DNA of 63,746 nt, the filler included, from Octopus bimaculoides (taxonomy: Eukaryota): NCBI RefSeq assembly GCF_001194135.2. It is 5 parts of 4 records of this genome, joined end to end, with 100 filler letters (N's around TTAATTAATTAA, not from the genome) between each part and the next. Parts side by side here need not be neighbours in the genome. Positions count along the whole stretch, not along the records: positions 14,461 to 38,909 come from NC_068983.1; 4 more parts are not named here. One strand, 5' to 3'. A model generated the notes under the pieces. That model made no database searches and was not told the origin of the DNA. It was given only the letters and a program-made list of their open reading frames with translations. Below, piece after piece: positions 23,651 through 37,211 of the stretch. The stretch's first letter is position 1. The number at the start of each line of letters is the position of its first letter. Both the position numbers and the translations under genes were made by a program.

Positions 23651-26600
23651 CAGACATATACATACATACATACACGCACATGTTGAGTGCATTTGTTTAC
23701 AAATTCACTTTGCAGTCATTTCTCCAGTCAACAAGTCATCCATAAGAGATCCCTCACTTCTAAAACAGATAAGAGTTAGTGACTGGAAGAGCATCAAGCT
23801 GTTCAGCAGTAACACAATACTCCAATAATATATTTATCTAATGCATGCCAGCATGGAAAAACAGATGTAAAAATGAACAAATGAAATTAACAAGATAAAC
23901 AAAATATCAACAACCTATTTCTTTAATTCTATTCCACCCGAACCCACAGCTAGAGTGTTAATAGTGTTGCTTTTCCTGTGTATGAATTCTGCAATACTCG
24001 TGGAAAAAATTTCCATTTACATGGTTAGCTGACCCTGGCAACTCTTGAACATTACCAGCGGCATTACCAGCTTGGAATGAGAATAACGTCAGGTCAAAGA
24101 GATCTGAGGCTTAAATTCAGTCGAAAGCATTTCTACACATCAGATTATCTCCAGTTCACTAAATACACATTAAGCTTAATTAAGCTAGGAGATCATTACA
24201 TGCTGAAAACAGCAACACCAAGCATCACACAGACTCACACAAACATACATATTTACACTCACAAATATACATATACACACAAAAATATATACATAATATA
24301 TGGAACCATTTTCTGTATTCTATACAAAAAGCTCTCATCAAATAAGAGCATATTGGAGGAGAGAGAGAGAGAAGGTAGACGAAAGTAATAGAAAAATAGA
24401 GAAAATGAAATGAAAACCATGCAGTCAAAATACTGCTACACTGGGTATCCAAATGGGTAGATTATTTAACAACATTTTTAAACATGAAATTAAACAAATT
24501 TAAGTTATAATGTTACCTTGTTAACATTCAAAAATATATTTTGTGCTGCTAAACCACAGTTATTTTATAGAACATAATTATTCATAAAACATAATATTTT
24601 AAAATTGCCATATTTAATAGCATCTAATAAGATCTACAGACACACAACTCTTCCTGCAATCTTGGATATGGAATACCAGCCGGTTTCAAATTTTGACACA
24701 ACGCCAGTAATTTCACAGGAATGAGTAAGACAATCACATCAACCCCAGTGCTCAACTGGCACTTATTTTATCAACCTAGAAAGGATGAAAGGCAAAGTCA
24801 ACCTCGGCGGAATTTGAACTTAGAACATAAAACCAGACAAAATACCGCTAAGCAGTTTGCCCGGCATACCAACAATTCTGTTGGCTTACTGCCTTCAGAT
24901 GGGAAATATTAAAATCAAAATTTAGTGCATTTGAAAATAACACTTATTAGATGAGTGCTTAAGTCTATTTCACAACTGGCTCAGGTTCAGTCCCACTATG
25001 TGGCACCTTGGACAAGTGTTTTCTACTAACCAAAGCTTTGTAAATGGATTTGGTAAACAAAAACTAAAATAAAGCCCAACATATGTGTGCACGTGTGTTC
25101 TACAACCACTTGACAACTAGTGTTGGTGTATTTATGTCCCTGTGACTTTGCAGTTTTGCAAAAACAAGGGCAATAGAATAAGTATCAGGCGAGAAAAAAA
25201 AATATGTACTGAGGTCAATTCATTCAACTTATTCGGGGTGGTGCCTCAGTAGATCCGCAGTCTAGTGACTGAAACCAGTAAAAGAATAACAGGATTCAAA
25301 TATGCCCAATCAGTCGAATGGGACAGTTTGACAAAAGAGCCATGGTTGGTCTCATTAGTCGAGTAGTTACACGTCAAATGCAAATAATCAACAAAAGTAC
25401 TTTCCAGAAGAATGGTTCTCCACCCATCTGCCAAACAAATGCCTTTCAGAAGTCCTTCTAAAGGCTGCCGGTTACACTTCTCTGAGTTGTCAGGCATCAG
25501 TGGCTTATGTCATACTAACAATGCAATGATTTGTTCAAATAATCCAATCAAAATTGTTATACACAACCGGATAGCATTTATGTTTCACATACTTCCTCTT
25601 CAAGTCTCTAATCAATGAATATCTTAACTCAGCAGTGTCACCAATATAAAGAAAAAGTCCTAATTTGAATAGGTACAAGCATGAGTGGTAAAAAGCTTGC
25701 TTCCCAACTACATGGTTCCGGGTTCAGTCCCTTGGGCAAATGTCCTCTACTATAGACTTCGGCTAACCAAAGACTTGTGAGTAGATTTGGTAGATGGAAA
25801 CTGAAAAAAGCCAGTCATATCCTCATCGTTTAACATCTGTTTTCCATGCTGGCATAGGCTNNNNNNNNNNNNNNNNNNNNNNNNNNNNNNNNNNNNNNNN
25901 NNNNNNNNNNNNNNNNNNNNNNNNNNNNNNNNNNNNNNNNNNNNNNNNNNNNNNNNNNNNNNNNNNNNNNNNNNNNNNNNNNNNNNNNNNNNNNNNNNNN
26001 NNNNNNNNNNNNNNNNNNNNNNNNNNNNNNNNNNNNNNNNNNNNNNNNNNNNNNNNNNNNNNNNNNNNNNNNNNNNNNNNNNNNNNNNNNNNNNNNNNNN
26101 NNNNNNNNNNNNNNNNNNNNNNNNNNNNNNNNNNNNNNNNNNNNNNNNNNNNNNNNNNNNNNNNNNNNNNNNNNNNNNNNNNNNNNNNNNNNNNNNNNNN
26201 NNNNNNNNNNNNNNNNNNNNNNNNNNNNNNNNNNNNNNNNNNNNNNNNNNNNNNNNNNNNNNNNNNNNNNNNNNNNNNNNNNNNNNNNNNNNNNNNNNNN
26301 NNNNNNNNNNNNNNNNNNNNNNNNNNNNNNNNNNNNNNNNNNNNNNNNNNNNNNNNNNNNNNNNNNNNNNNNNNNNNNNNNNNNNNNNNNNNNNNNNNNN
26401 NNNNNNNNNNNNNNNNNNNNNNNNNNNNNNNNNNNNNNNNNNNNNNNNNNNNNNNNNNNNNNNNNNNNNNNNNNNNNNNNNNNNNNNNNNNNNNNNNNNN
26501 NNNNNNNNNNNNNNNNNNNNNNNNNNNNNNNNNNNNNNNNNNNNNNNNNNNNNNNNNNNNNNNNNNNNNNNNNNNNNNNNNNNNNNNNNNNNNNNNNNNN

Positions 26601-27439
26601 NNNNNNNNNNNNNNNNNNNNNNNNNNNNNNNNNNNNNNNNNNNNNNNNNNNNNNNNNNNNNNNNATGTATATCGGCTGAATGGACGTCAGTGATTGGTTG
26701 AAATTACAGAAATACGACAACTTTAACATGGAAAAACTTATGGATTTCTTTTTTTTTTAAGAAGACTAAGAGAAAAAGATGTTTTATATGACACATTCTA
26801 CCAGTGTTCCAAGTTTCAAAGTGTTTCGTTAATGAAAAATGTGGCCCCCGTTTTAAAAAAGATCCAATGGTGGTAGTAGGGGGAGTCTTTCCGAGGTACT
26901 TTATCACCCCTGAAAGGCGAAGTCGGTATAGATGGAATTTGAACTTCGAACGTAAGGAGCCAGATGAAATGTAGCATTTTGTTTGGTACACTAACCACTC
27001 GGCCAGCGGCCCGCCTATTATAGACACAAGGCCTAAAATTTTGTAGGTGGGAGCTAGTCGATCACTCCGGAATTTGAACTCAGAACATGAAGAGTGAGAA
27101 GAAACACTGCCAAGCATTTTGTCCGACGCACCAACTGCCCCGCTGGCACCCAACCTAATTACAACAGGAGACAATGTTTGTTTTGAAGATTCAAATCAAC
27201 AAAGTTTGTGGGACATGTTGGAGCGTGATTATTACTTTATGGCACAAGTAGACAGTAATAGACAATCAAAATAATCTGGACTATGTTATAGCATCGTTGT
27301 CACGGATATTTCCTTCATTTATTATTTGTACTTAATAATGTACTTAAGGATTGTTCTATCACCAGCTTGTTTCTATTTAATCCGCTAGATAAATAGCAGA
27401 AGATAGGTTTTCGTGTTCTTGGTATTATATTTTCGCTGA

Positions 27440-27895
27440 TAAATTTCTTGTATGAAAAGAAAATAATAGAAAATAATATGAAAAGAAAATAATAATAAAT
27501 AATAATAATGAATGAATGAAAAGAGTGAGAGATAGAAGATAGAAAAAAAGGTTAAAAGGAAGGGAAAGAACGAAAAAAGAACGAAGGAAGGAAAGAAAGA
27601 AAAAGGACGGAGGAAGGAAAGAAAGAAGGAAGAAAAGAAAAAACGAAAAAGAATGAAGGAAGAAAAGAAAAAACAAAAAAGAACGAAGAAAAGAAAAAAG
27701 AACGAAGGAAAGATGGGACGAATGGCAGAAGAAAGAAAATAGGAAGGAACAAATAAACAAAGGAAGGAAGAAAAGAAAAAAGATAAGAAGGAGAGAGAGA
27801 GAGAGAGAGAAAGAGAGGTAAAGAAAGAAAGAACGAACAAGAAACCTAGAAGCCAAAAAAAAAAAAAAAGGAAAGGGGAAAGAAGAAAGAAAAGC
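27440..27895. repeat. Purine-rich (GA/AAAG) low-complexity tract
   Basis: Almost no pyrimidines on the + strand; source of the poly-Phe/Ser/Leu ORFs. Confidence 0.9.
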
Positions 27896-29270
27896 CAAGC
27901 TAACTCTGTAGACGTCAAGCACCAGCATTGCTAGAAATGGAATCTAAAAATTAGAGCTGAAAGTGGTGGTTGAACCTTAATTAGTGAGAACAGTAATAAT
28001 AAATAGAATAATAATATTAGTAAATACTGATAATGCTAATAAAAGAGAAAATACTAAATAGAAGTGACGTGGGCTCGAAAATCAGCCTTAGGTCAGGCAG
28101 CAGCTAAGCTAAGGCTCTAGGTTTAGTGTTTGTATAATTAATGTTAGTATTGGTGTAACTACTAAAGCAGATTTAAAACTGCCGAAATAACAATGGATTT
28201 AAAACTCGGGGAGAAACATTTCCAAGGCGACGTGTTCGGGAAAAATGACATGGAAACAGAACCGCATCCAGTTAANNNNNNNNNNNNNNNNNNNNNNNNN
28301 NNNNNNNNNNNNNNNNNNNNNNNNNNNNNNNNNNNNNNNNNNNNNNNNNNNNNNNNNNNNNNNNNNNNNNNNNNNNNNNNNNNNNNNNNNNNNNNNNNNN
28401 NNNNNNNNNNNNNNNNNNNNNNNNNNNNNNNNNNNNNNNNNNNNNNNNNNNNNNNNNNNNNNNNNNNNNNNNNNNNNNNNNNNNNNNNNNNNNNNNNNNN
28501 NNNNNNNNNNNNNNNNNNNNNNNNNNNNNNNNNNNNNNNNNNNNNNNNNNNNNNNNNNNNNNNNNNNNNNNNNNNNNNNNNNNNNNNNNNNNNNNNNNNN
28601 NNNNNNNNNNNNNNNNNNNNNNNNNNNNNNNNNNNNNNNNNNNNNNNNNNNNNNNNNNNNNNNNNNNNNNNNNNNNNNNNNNNNNNNNNNNNNNNNNNNN
28701 NNNNNNNNNNNNNNNNNNNNNNNNNNNNNNNNNNNNNNNNNNNNNNNNNNNNNNNNNNNNNNNNNNNNNNNNNNNNNNNNNNNNNNNNNNNNNNNNNNNN
28801 NNNNNNNNNNNNNNNNNNNNNNNNNNNNNNNNNNNNNNNNNNNNNNNNNNNNNNNNNNNNNNNNNNNNNNNNNNNNNNNNNNNNNNNNNNNNNNNNNNNN
28901 NNNNNNNNNNNNNNNNNNNNNNNNNNNNNNNNNNNNNNNNNNNNNNNNNNNNNNNNNNNNNNNNNNNNNNNNNNNNNNNNNNNNNNNNNNNNNNNNNNNN
29001 NNNNNNNNNNNNNNNNNNNNNNNNNNNNNNNNNNNNNNNNNNNNNNNNNNNNNNNNNNNNNNNNNNNNNNNNNNNNNNNNNNNNNNNNNNNNNNNNNNNN
29101 NNNNNNNNNNNNNNNNNNNNNNNNNNNNNNNNNNNNNNNNNNNNNNNNNNTATATATACATACATATACATATACATATATATATATAAATAGAGTTATT
29201 AATATTTCTAAGTCTCTCTAAAGGAGACTACGGCAGCGGTACTGGAAATTAATAGTTGGCTTGGTGATAA

Positions 29271-29313
<43 letters not shown>

Positions 29314-29641
29314 AATACGCGTGCGTGTGTTTGTGTGGTTAGAAGTTAATTGCAAACTAGAACCGAACCAGAGGCAACAGAAAACATACAGTGACATTTG
29401 GAGTTCGATACAAGAAAAAATAAATAAATAAAACTTGACAAATGAATGACAACAACAGTTAATCCCTGAACTCTGAATTACCACCACTCAGGAATAAAAC
29501 AACAGAATAGCAGTACATAAAAACGAATGAGAATAGTACAACTTATTTTTGGTAAGTTAGACAATAGCAAGTGCGATGTGCAGACCCACTTCTAAATGCT
29601 AAGATACTATTATATATATATATCCCTCTCTCTCTACATAC

Positions 29642-29706
<65 letters not shown>

Positions 29707-30519
29707 TGTGTATGTATGTATATATATATATATAGGCAATCTTTCGTTTTCAGAAGTTATGCCTCTACACACACACACACGCACACACAAGCACGCGCGT
29801 GAGAGAGAGAGAAAAAGTACTCTACGCATATAGTAGAGTATATTCGCTGATTAAGTGACATTACTCCAAGTTCTCCCCCACATACATCTCATATGTGCAT
29901 TAGTTTGGGTAACCGGAGTGGGTAGGTTCCTTGGAACAAACAGAAGAAATAAGAGATATATGTCAAAGGGGGTACACACACACACACACACGCACATTAT
30001 ATAATATTTTATCAGGGCTGTAAAGTTTCATTGCACTTCTGTATACATGCGTCTGCGTACACCTGAACGCATGTGTGTGTGTGTGTACATAACATACATA
30101 GACAAAGAAGTACATACAAACTAAAATATACACACATGAAGATTTTGTCTATTGAATCACTCATGTAATCTTACACTATGATAAAGAATATTTCGTTATT
30201 GTATTTGGTTTGCAAGATTCTCAGTGTGGTCCCGTGTGATGAAACGGATTTTGTTGTATGATGGGAGGGTCGTTATGCCAATAATAAAAACACACGTGTT
30301 CTATTTCACTTCTTTTGTTTTTATTAGTCAACTGGTTAACCGTTCAAACAATTAACTAATAGATTGTTTGATTAATTGTTTGGTTACTCAATCAATCAGT
30401 TAGGTTTGTCAAAGTCCTTTCATTGCCATTTGCAACCTCATCAATGACATAAATAGCCAACTGAAAAATAGAAAACAGAAGTGAAATACAACCAGTGCAT
30501 GTGTTTATTCTTTTCTACT

Positions 30520-30900
30520 CTAGGCACAAGGCTCGAATTTGGGGGGCAGTCGAATTATATCGACCCCGAAAGGATGAAAGGCAAAGTCAACCTGGGTGGA
30601 ATTTGAACTCAGAACGTAAAGACAGACAAAATACCACTAAGCATTTCGCCCGGCATGCTAACATTTCTTATTTCTTTATTGCCCGCAAGGGGCTAAACAG
30701 AGGGGACAAACAAGGACAGACATAGGGATTAAGTCGATTACATCGACTCCAGTGCATAACTGGTACTTATTTAATCGACCCCAAAAGGATGAAAGGCTAA
30801 GTCGACCTCAGCGGAATTTGAACTCAGAACGTAACGGCAGACGGAATACTGCTAAGCATTTCGTCTGGCGTGCTAACGTTTCTGCCAACTCGCCACCTTA
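30520..30900 (-). mobile_element. SINE family A dimer with the same junction as at 1-306
   Basis: Two family A units joined at gcatgctaac|atttcttatttctttattgcccgcaagggg; complete head ends ...gccaactcgccacc. Confidence 0.85.
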
Positions 30901-32467
30901 GTGCATGTGTTTATTACTGATATAATGACCCTCCTGAGATTATATATGTGTATATATATAATTGAGTACCAGCAGATTTCTCATCAATTCAGCATAGGTG
31001 TTGCCTTTTTTTCACTAACCTTTAACATTACGCTAACACCCGCTTGGCAATTGATTTCAACTGCTCTGCATTAGTTCTTTACATAGTCATAGATCATTAT
31101 GTCTGGTCTGTTGTGCTTGACAGGGACATTCCACCACTACTCACTCATATTATGTGATTATACCATCCATATCAATGTAGCTTCTTAAATGCGTCATCTC
31201 AAGAATATCTCCTCTCCATAAATTTCATTACATATTGGTCTAATTGTCTCTTATCGGTACAAGACAATGTGAATAACATCCCCTCACCACAATGGTCATT
31301 CCACAAAACCTGCATCCGTTGTCGCATTTAGGTGGTTTATCTGCTTTGTGTGTGTGTGTGTGTAGTGTTAGTGGTTTTAAACAATAGAGCAAGTGACTCC
31401 ATTATTTAGTTATTAACGCCTTGTCATGTAAAAGGAACCCAGAAAACTCTGTAAAATGGTTGGCATTAGGAAGGGTATCCAGCTGTAGAAACCATGCCAA
31501 AACAGACTACAGAACCTGGTGTGGTACCTGACTTTACCAGCTTCAGTCAAACTGTCCAACCCATGGAAAATGGAAATTAAATGATGATCATGATGAAGAC
31601 ACCTGAGTTCAAACCTCATCAAGACCAGTTTTGTCTTTCATTTTTTCATCACACAGCCATAAGGCAGCCTCACCTTACTGCTTAAAAACAGTAAAAAAGA
31701 AAAGCAAACATTTGAGAGAGGGCTGTTAATTTGAATACATGTTAACCTACCAGAAACAGCGTTCCAAACCCATTCAAATGAAATAACGTAGCCATAAGTA
31801 CATTATGCGTGAAAATTAAAGAGATGGGACACTTTGTATCAAAAATAGTTCCACCACCATAGAAATTTTACAAGGTGAAACAAGACTGCTTTTGGTTAAA
31901 TCAGAACAGTAAGGATTTACCGAGAGAGAGAGAGAGAGAGCTCATGGTGGATATTCATGTGATCTTAGTTCTTGGGCTCCAGAATGACATACTAGCTGAA
32001 CTACCCAGCCTCCTTATGAACTTTGATCAAAAGTCTACTGGGTCAGAGTTGACCAAGGGCTAAACACCAACAACAAATGTAGCAACTGGTTTTTTTTGTT
32101 TTTTTTGCAAAACAATTAAGAAAGAACTAAAAACAAAGTGGAAATTCTAAACACTGACTGCCATTATCAGACTAATTATTTCATGGTTTCAAGATAATAT
32201 TACAAATTCGACTTCAACCATCAGAGATAATTAAATATTTACTATTTGTTTTTTTGTTTTTTTCACTTAAAGATGGAATCACAAATAGAAAATAAATATA
32301 TCAAAGAACTCAAGAATTAAATGTTATTATAACTCAATTTACCAGTTATTCATTAAAGGAGAACTTGGCATCAAAAGACAGAACACAAGTTCAATTTCTG
32401 TCAAAGGAAGTTTCCATTTTTTAGATAAAAAGATTTAAAATTAAATTAAATACCAAATTATGTATTA

Positions 32468-32885
32468 GGTGCAGAGGTGGCTGTGTGGTCAAGAAGTTTG
32501 CTTCCCAACCACACGGTTTCAGGATCAGTCCCAGTGCAGGGCACTATGTGCAAGTGTTTTCTAATATAGCCCTAGGTCAACCAAAGCTTCCTGAGTGGAA
32601 TTTGGTAGATAGAACTGATAGAAGCCCATCATGTGTGTGTGTCCGTGTCTTGACATCACATGATAGTAGTAAATGAGTGTCACCATCATACAAGCAGTGT
32701 CACTAATTTCCAATATTTTGCATAAAAGCATGTCTGGCCAGAGGAGGCTATTATCTTGCTTGGCAATTAGTGAGGGTTGACAACAGGAGGAGAAAAACAG
32801 GTAGAGAATATCTGCCTCAATTATCTCCATTTGACCCATGCAAGCATCAAAACGGGGACATTAAAACAGTGATGATGATGATGAC
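32468..32885 (+). mobile_element. SINE with family B head and an alternative tail ending in (GAT)n
   Basis: Family B head followed by ttgacatcacatgatag...gacccatgcaagcat...gatgatgatg; the same tail occurs at 16870-17100 and 23240-23465. Confidence 0.7.
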
Positions 32886-34079
32886 AATTGTGGGCTCAGA
32901 ACATTGTATATCACTGGGGACTTTCTTAGGTCAAGATTGACCATCCATTTGGAAGTCTTTTTTTTTTTTTAAGAAAACTGACTTTTTTCCATGCATGCAA
33001 GACTGCCCTCTCCATGCCTTGGACTGATAGAGTTTGGCACCAAGCAATGTAGTTGAAGGCATTTGCAAAAGAGCCAGGATAGACACAAGTTATCATTTCT
33101 GACCCTGTAACAATCCTGCCAATTCATTCCATCACCCCAATCAGAAATTTTCAATTTTTATTTTATTTTATATTTTTATTGACCTCATGAAACAGATGAA
33201 AGGCAAAGTTGACCTCAGCTGGATCTGAACTTAGATTACAGAGTTAGAACAAATACTGTTAGGCATTCTGTCCAAAACGAATGTCTCCACCACCTCATCT
33301 GTATTAACACAAAACTCACACCAGTGTGTTTCCCTTCTCCTCCTTGTTTCCTCTCCAATCCTTTCTACTGCTCTCCTTTCAATCATCTCTTTGAGAGTAT
33401 GTATCTTGAGGGTATGCACTGGCATGTCATCGTCATCATCGCTCTTTCTCATTCTCTCTCTCTCTCTCACTAACTGGAGTAATCATGCATCTCCTCTACT
33501 GCAAAACACCTATTTCTGTCCTATCATATTTTAACCCCTCATCACCACCATCAACACCATTCTGCCTCTCAGCTGAGGTGGGGGTCTTATCTGGTAAAAT
33601 ATTTGGTGACCTCACTGCTGCTGGTGCCATGTAGAAAGCACCAAGTACACTCTGTAAAGTGGTTGGTGTTAGGAAGGGGCATCCAGCCATAGAAACTATG
33701 CCAAAGCAGACAGCACAGTTTGGTGCTGTCTTCTGATTTGCCAGTTCCTGTCAAACTGTCCAACCCATGCCAGCATGGAAAATGGACACTAAACAATGAT
33801 AGTTACTGTGAATTAAAAGTTCTTTACATCAGCATCATTTAATGTTTGCTTTCCATGCTGGCATGGGTTGGATAGTTTGACTGAGGATTGGCAGGCCAGG
33901 AGGTTACACCAAGCTCCAATCTGATCTGGCAAAGTTTCTACAGCTGGATGCCCTTCCTAACGCCAACCACTCATAGAGTGTAATGGTGCTTTGCAAATAC
34001 ACCGCACCTTGGCTAGACTTAATATTAACCTCACAGTCCTTTCTTTCTGAGGAACAATGAATACCAACCAGAGTGACGG

Positions 34080-34110
34080 AGAGACACACACACAGAGACG
34101 GAGAGAGACA

Positions 34111-34147
<37 letters not shown>

Positions 34148-34400
34148 GGGGAGAGAGAGAGAAAAAGAGAAAGAGAGAGAGAAAAAGAGAAAGAGAAAGA
34201 GAAAAAGAGAAAGAGAGAGAGAAAAAGAGAAAGAGAGAGAGAAAAAGAGAAAGAGATAGAAAAAGAGAAAGAGAGAGAGACACACACACAGACGGAGAGA
34301 GAGAGAGAGAGGCAAACAGACAGACAGACAGACACACACACACACACTGACGGAGGAAGAGAGAGAGAGACACACACACACAGAAGTGTGGAGAGGGAGG
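34080..34400. repeat. (CA)n/(GA)n compound tract with a 20-bp higher-order unit gaaaaagagaaagagagaga (about 5 copies)
   Basis: Directly visible at 34161-34270. Confidence 0.9.
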
Positions 34401-35476
34401 AGGTGGGGAGAGGAAGAGACGGACTGAAAGATCTGAATTTGGTGCAAGAAAATAAATTTATTTCCTTTCTTGCCAACGAGAATTAGGTTAAGACTGACTT
34501 AGTCGTTTATACATTTCCCACTGATAAACAGATTTGAACCTCTTAATGATTTGTTATAAAGAAAGATATTTGACATTTAGCTCTGTGGGTTTATATCTGT
34601 TCTAATCAGGCCTTTAATGCTCTCTGTTTACACATAAACCCAACCTTTTGTTTTGAACTCTGTGTGTCTGATATGTAATAGTTATTTCAATGACTGGTAG
34701 AAACAGTGGCATTATAGGCAAAATGCCTTGTGGTATTTAGTTATGTCCATTTATGTAGTAATTTGAAATCCCATTGAGGCCAGCCTTGCTGTTTGCTCGT
34801 CTAGAGTTGATAAAATAAATACATATCAATTGTTATTACAATCTGTGAACTTCCATCATTATTATTTTATATTATTTTTTTTTTTATATGTGGAAATGAC
34901 AAGGGACTGGAAGTTGTGGCGATCTGAGAAGACACGTCTAGCTAAGTAAAATCGCTACCATCCATCCATACATACAGGCTTATCCTTTACAACAATATCT
35001 TATGTGTACCCCTAGGGGTAATATGGACTCCAGTAAAGAATCGATGATTTAGATCAGTTTAAAATCATAAAGCTATTATGATTGAACCAGGAGCAGTCTC
35101 AGGCGGGTTGATAACAAAGGGCATTGTAAAAATCTAAACCCAAAATGGATAAGGACTAAAGTAGTGAAAAGTTTATTGACCAATCAGTAGAAACAACCAG
35201 AGCAGCTGTGAAAGATGAAAGAACACTCCAAAATGAAATTACTATTCAGTCTCGCCACCATCAACACCAGCAGTTATGAAATCCTTTCATTACAAAATAT
35301 GGGTCAATTTGCGTAACCTAAATACTTCATTCGAAACGTATGTAATCACAACTCTGCCCCTTCCCCCGCTCCACTACACTCCCCCCCCTGAATTGGTCAA
35401 GGGGAATTTAATTTTTTTAATTTCTTTTAATGCTCGAGTTAGTAACTAAAGGAATTAACCAAGTAAATTTAGTCTG

Positions 35477-35835
35477 TGCAGGCGTGGCTGTGTGGTAAGA
35501 AGTTTGCTTCAAAACAACATGGTTCCGAGTTCAGTACCACTGCATGGCACGTTGGGCAAATGTCTTCTATAACCAACCGAAGCCCTGTGAGTGAATCTGG
35601 TATGTGGAAACTGAAAGAAGCCCACTGTGTGTGTGTGTGTATATATACGAGTGTCCCCCACGACTGTTTGACAATTGGTGTCAGTGAGTTTACGTCCCTG
35701 AAACTTAGCAATTTGGTGAAAAAGACCAATGGAATAATTACCAAGTACTGGGGTTGATTAGTTCAACTAAAATTCTTCAAGGCAGAGCCCCAGCCTGGCC
35801 ACAGTGAAATCACTGAAACTAGTAAATAATAAAAG
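35477..35835 (+). mobile_element. SINE family B, diverged
   Basis: Head, internal microsatellite and tail all recognisable. Confidence 0.75.
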
Positions 35836-36420
35836 CAAGGGTAGGATTTCAACTGAAGAAAACCTTTATCACGCATAGTGCCCATGTATAGGTTTGAATC
35901 ATGTCAAAAAAATTTTTTTACTGACAAGGAAACAAAATAGAAATGAGTCATCCATTCTTATAGAACAGACAGCAGGGTTGAAAGCATGATATAGAGTAAT
36001 TTTCTTGTGCAAAGATTAAGAGAGTTTTTATATTGAAAAGAAAGAGAAGTTGTACATTTATATAGTCCAGGTGACATCTCAGCAAGATAAAATTTTATTG
36101 AAATACCAGATTTGTAGCTTCAAGTTATTTGCAGGACAGAAAATTTGCTCTTAAATCCACATAGCTTTATATATAAATATATATATATATATATACTATC
36201 TTTCTATATATAACTATGTGTGTATGTGAAAAGGTGAGAGGAAGCTATGTTTAAGTATTGTTTGCATTGAAATCATCATCATCATCACCACTAAGAAAAT
36301 AAGAACAAGCTTGTAAATGAATGTTTATATACTTTCCTAAGTACACACACACACACACACACAATTATATCTAGTACAAGGTAATATAATAGTGTACGTC
36401 ATGTATAACATATAAGCATA

Positions 36421-36583
36421 GGCGCAGGAGTGGCTGTGTGGTAAGTAGGATGCTTACCAACCACATGGTTCTGGGTTCAGTCCCACTGCGTGGCACCTTG
36501 GACACGTGTCTTCTACTATAGCCTCGGGCCAACCAAAGCCTAGAGAGTGGATTTGGTAGACAGAAACTGAAAGAAGCCCGTTG

Positions 36584-36618
<35 letters not shown>

Positions 36619-36810
36619 ATGTTTGTATGTCTGTGTTTGTCCCCCCAACATCACTTGACAACCGATGCTGGTGTGCTTACATCCCCGTCACTTAGTTCAG
36701 CAAGAGGGATCGGTAGAATAGGCTTACAAAGAATAAGTCCTGAGGTCAATTTGCTTGACTAAAGGCAGTGCTCCAGCATGGCCGCAGTCAAATGACAAAC
36801 AAATAAAAGA
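36421..36810 (+). mobile_element. Full-length tRNA-derived SINE family B with an internal (TA)/(TG) microsatellite
   Basis: Head ggcgcaggagtggctgtgtggtaag...ggttcagtccc; tail gtgctccagcatggccgcagtcaaatgac...aaataaaag. About 18 copies or fragments in the window (6840, 9325, 14480, 15200, 19870, 22785, 23475, 24975, 25680, 35477, 37770 and others). Confidence 0.9.
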
Positions 36811-37174
36811 ATATATATCATCATCGTTTAACGTCCGCTTTCCATGCTAGCATGGGTTGGACGATTTGACTGAGGACTGGTGAAACCGGATGGCAACANN
36901 NNNNNNNNNNNNNNNNNNNNNNNNNNNNNNNNNNNNNNNNNNNNNNNNNNNNNNNNNNNNNNNNNNNNNNNNNNNNNNNNNNNNNNNNNNNNNNNNNNNN
37001 NNNNNNNNNNNNNNNNNNNNNNNNNNNNNNNNNNNNNNNNNNNNNNNNNNNNNNNNNNNNNNNNNNNNNNNNNNNNNNNNNNNATAGGCTTACAAAGAAT
37101 AAGTCCTGAGGTCAATTTGCTTGACTAAAGGCAGTGCTCCAGCATGGCCGCAGTCAAATGACAAACAAATAAAA

Positions 37175-37211
<37 letters not shown>

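Noticed and set aside
24173-24186. Perfect 14-bp palindrome AGCTTAATTAAGCT
   Set aside because: A single short AT-rich palindrome is expected at this frequency in 64 kb of AT-rich DNA.
25246-25497. Minus-strand ORF ending DWAYLNPVILLL (NPxxY-like)
   Set aside because: The motif runs into a family B SINE tail; no splice support.
27385-27928. Phe/Leu/Ser-rich membrane-protein-like ORFs (also 33904-34486)
   Set aside because: Antisense translation of purine-rich low-complexity DNA.
25794-29221. Long ORFs of about 300 aa made of X (also 2738-3521 and 41896-42849)
   Set aside because: They span N gaps and carry no sequence information.
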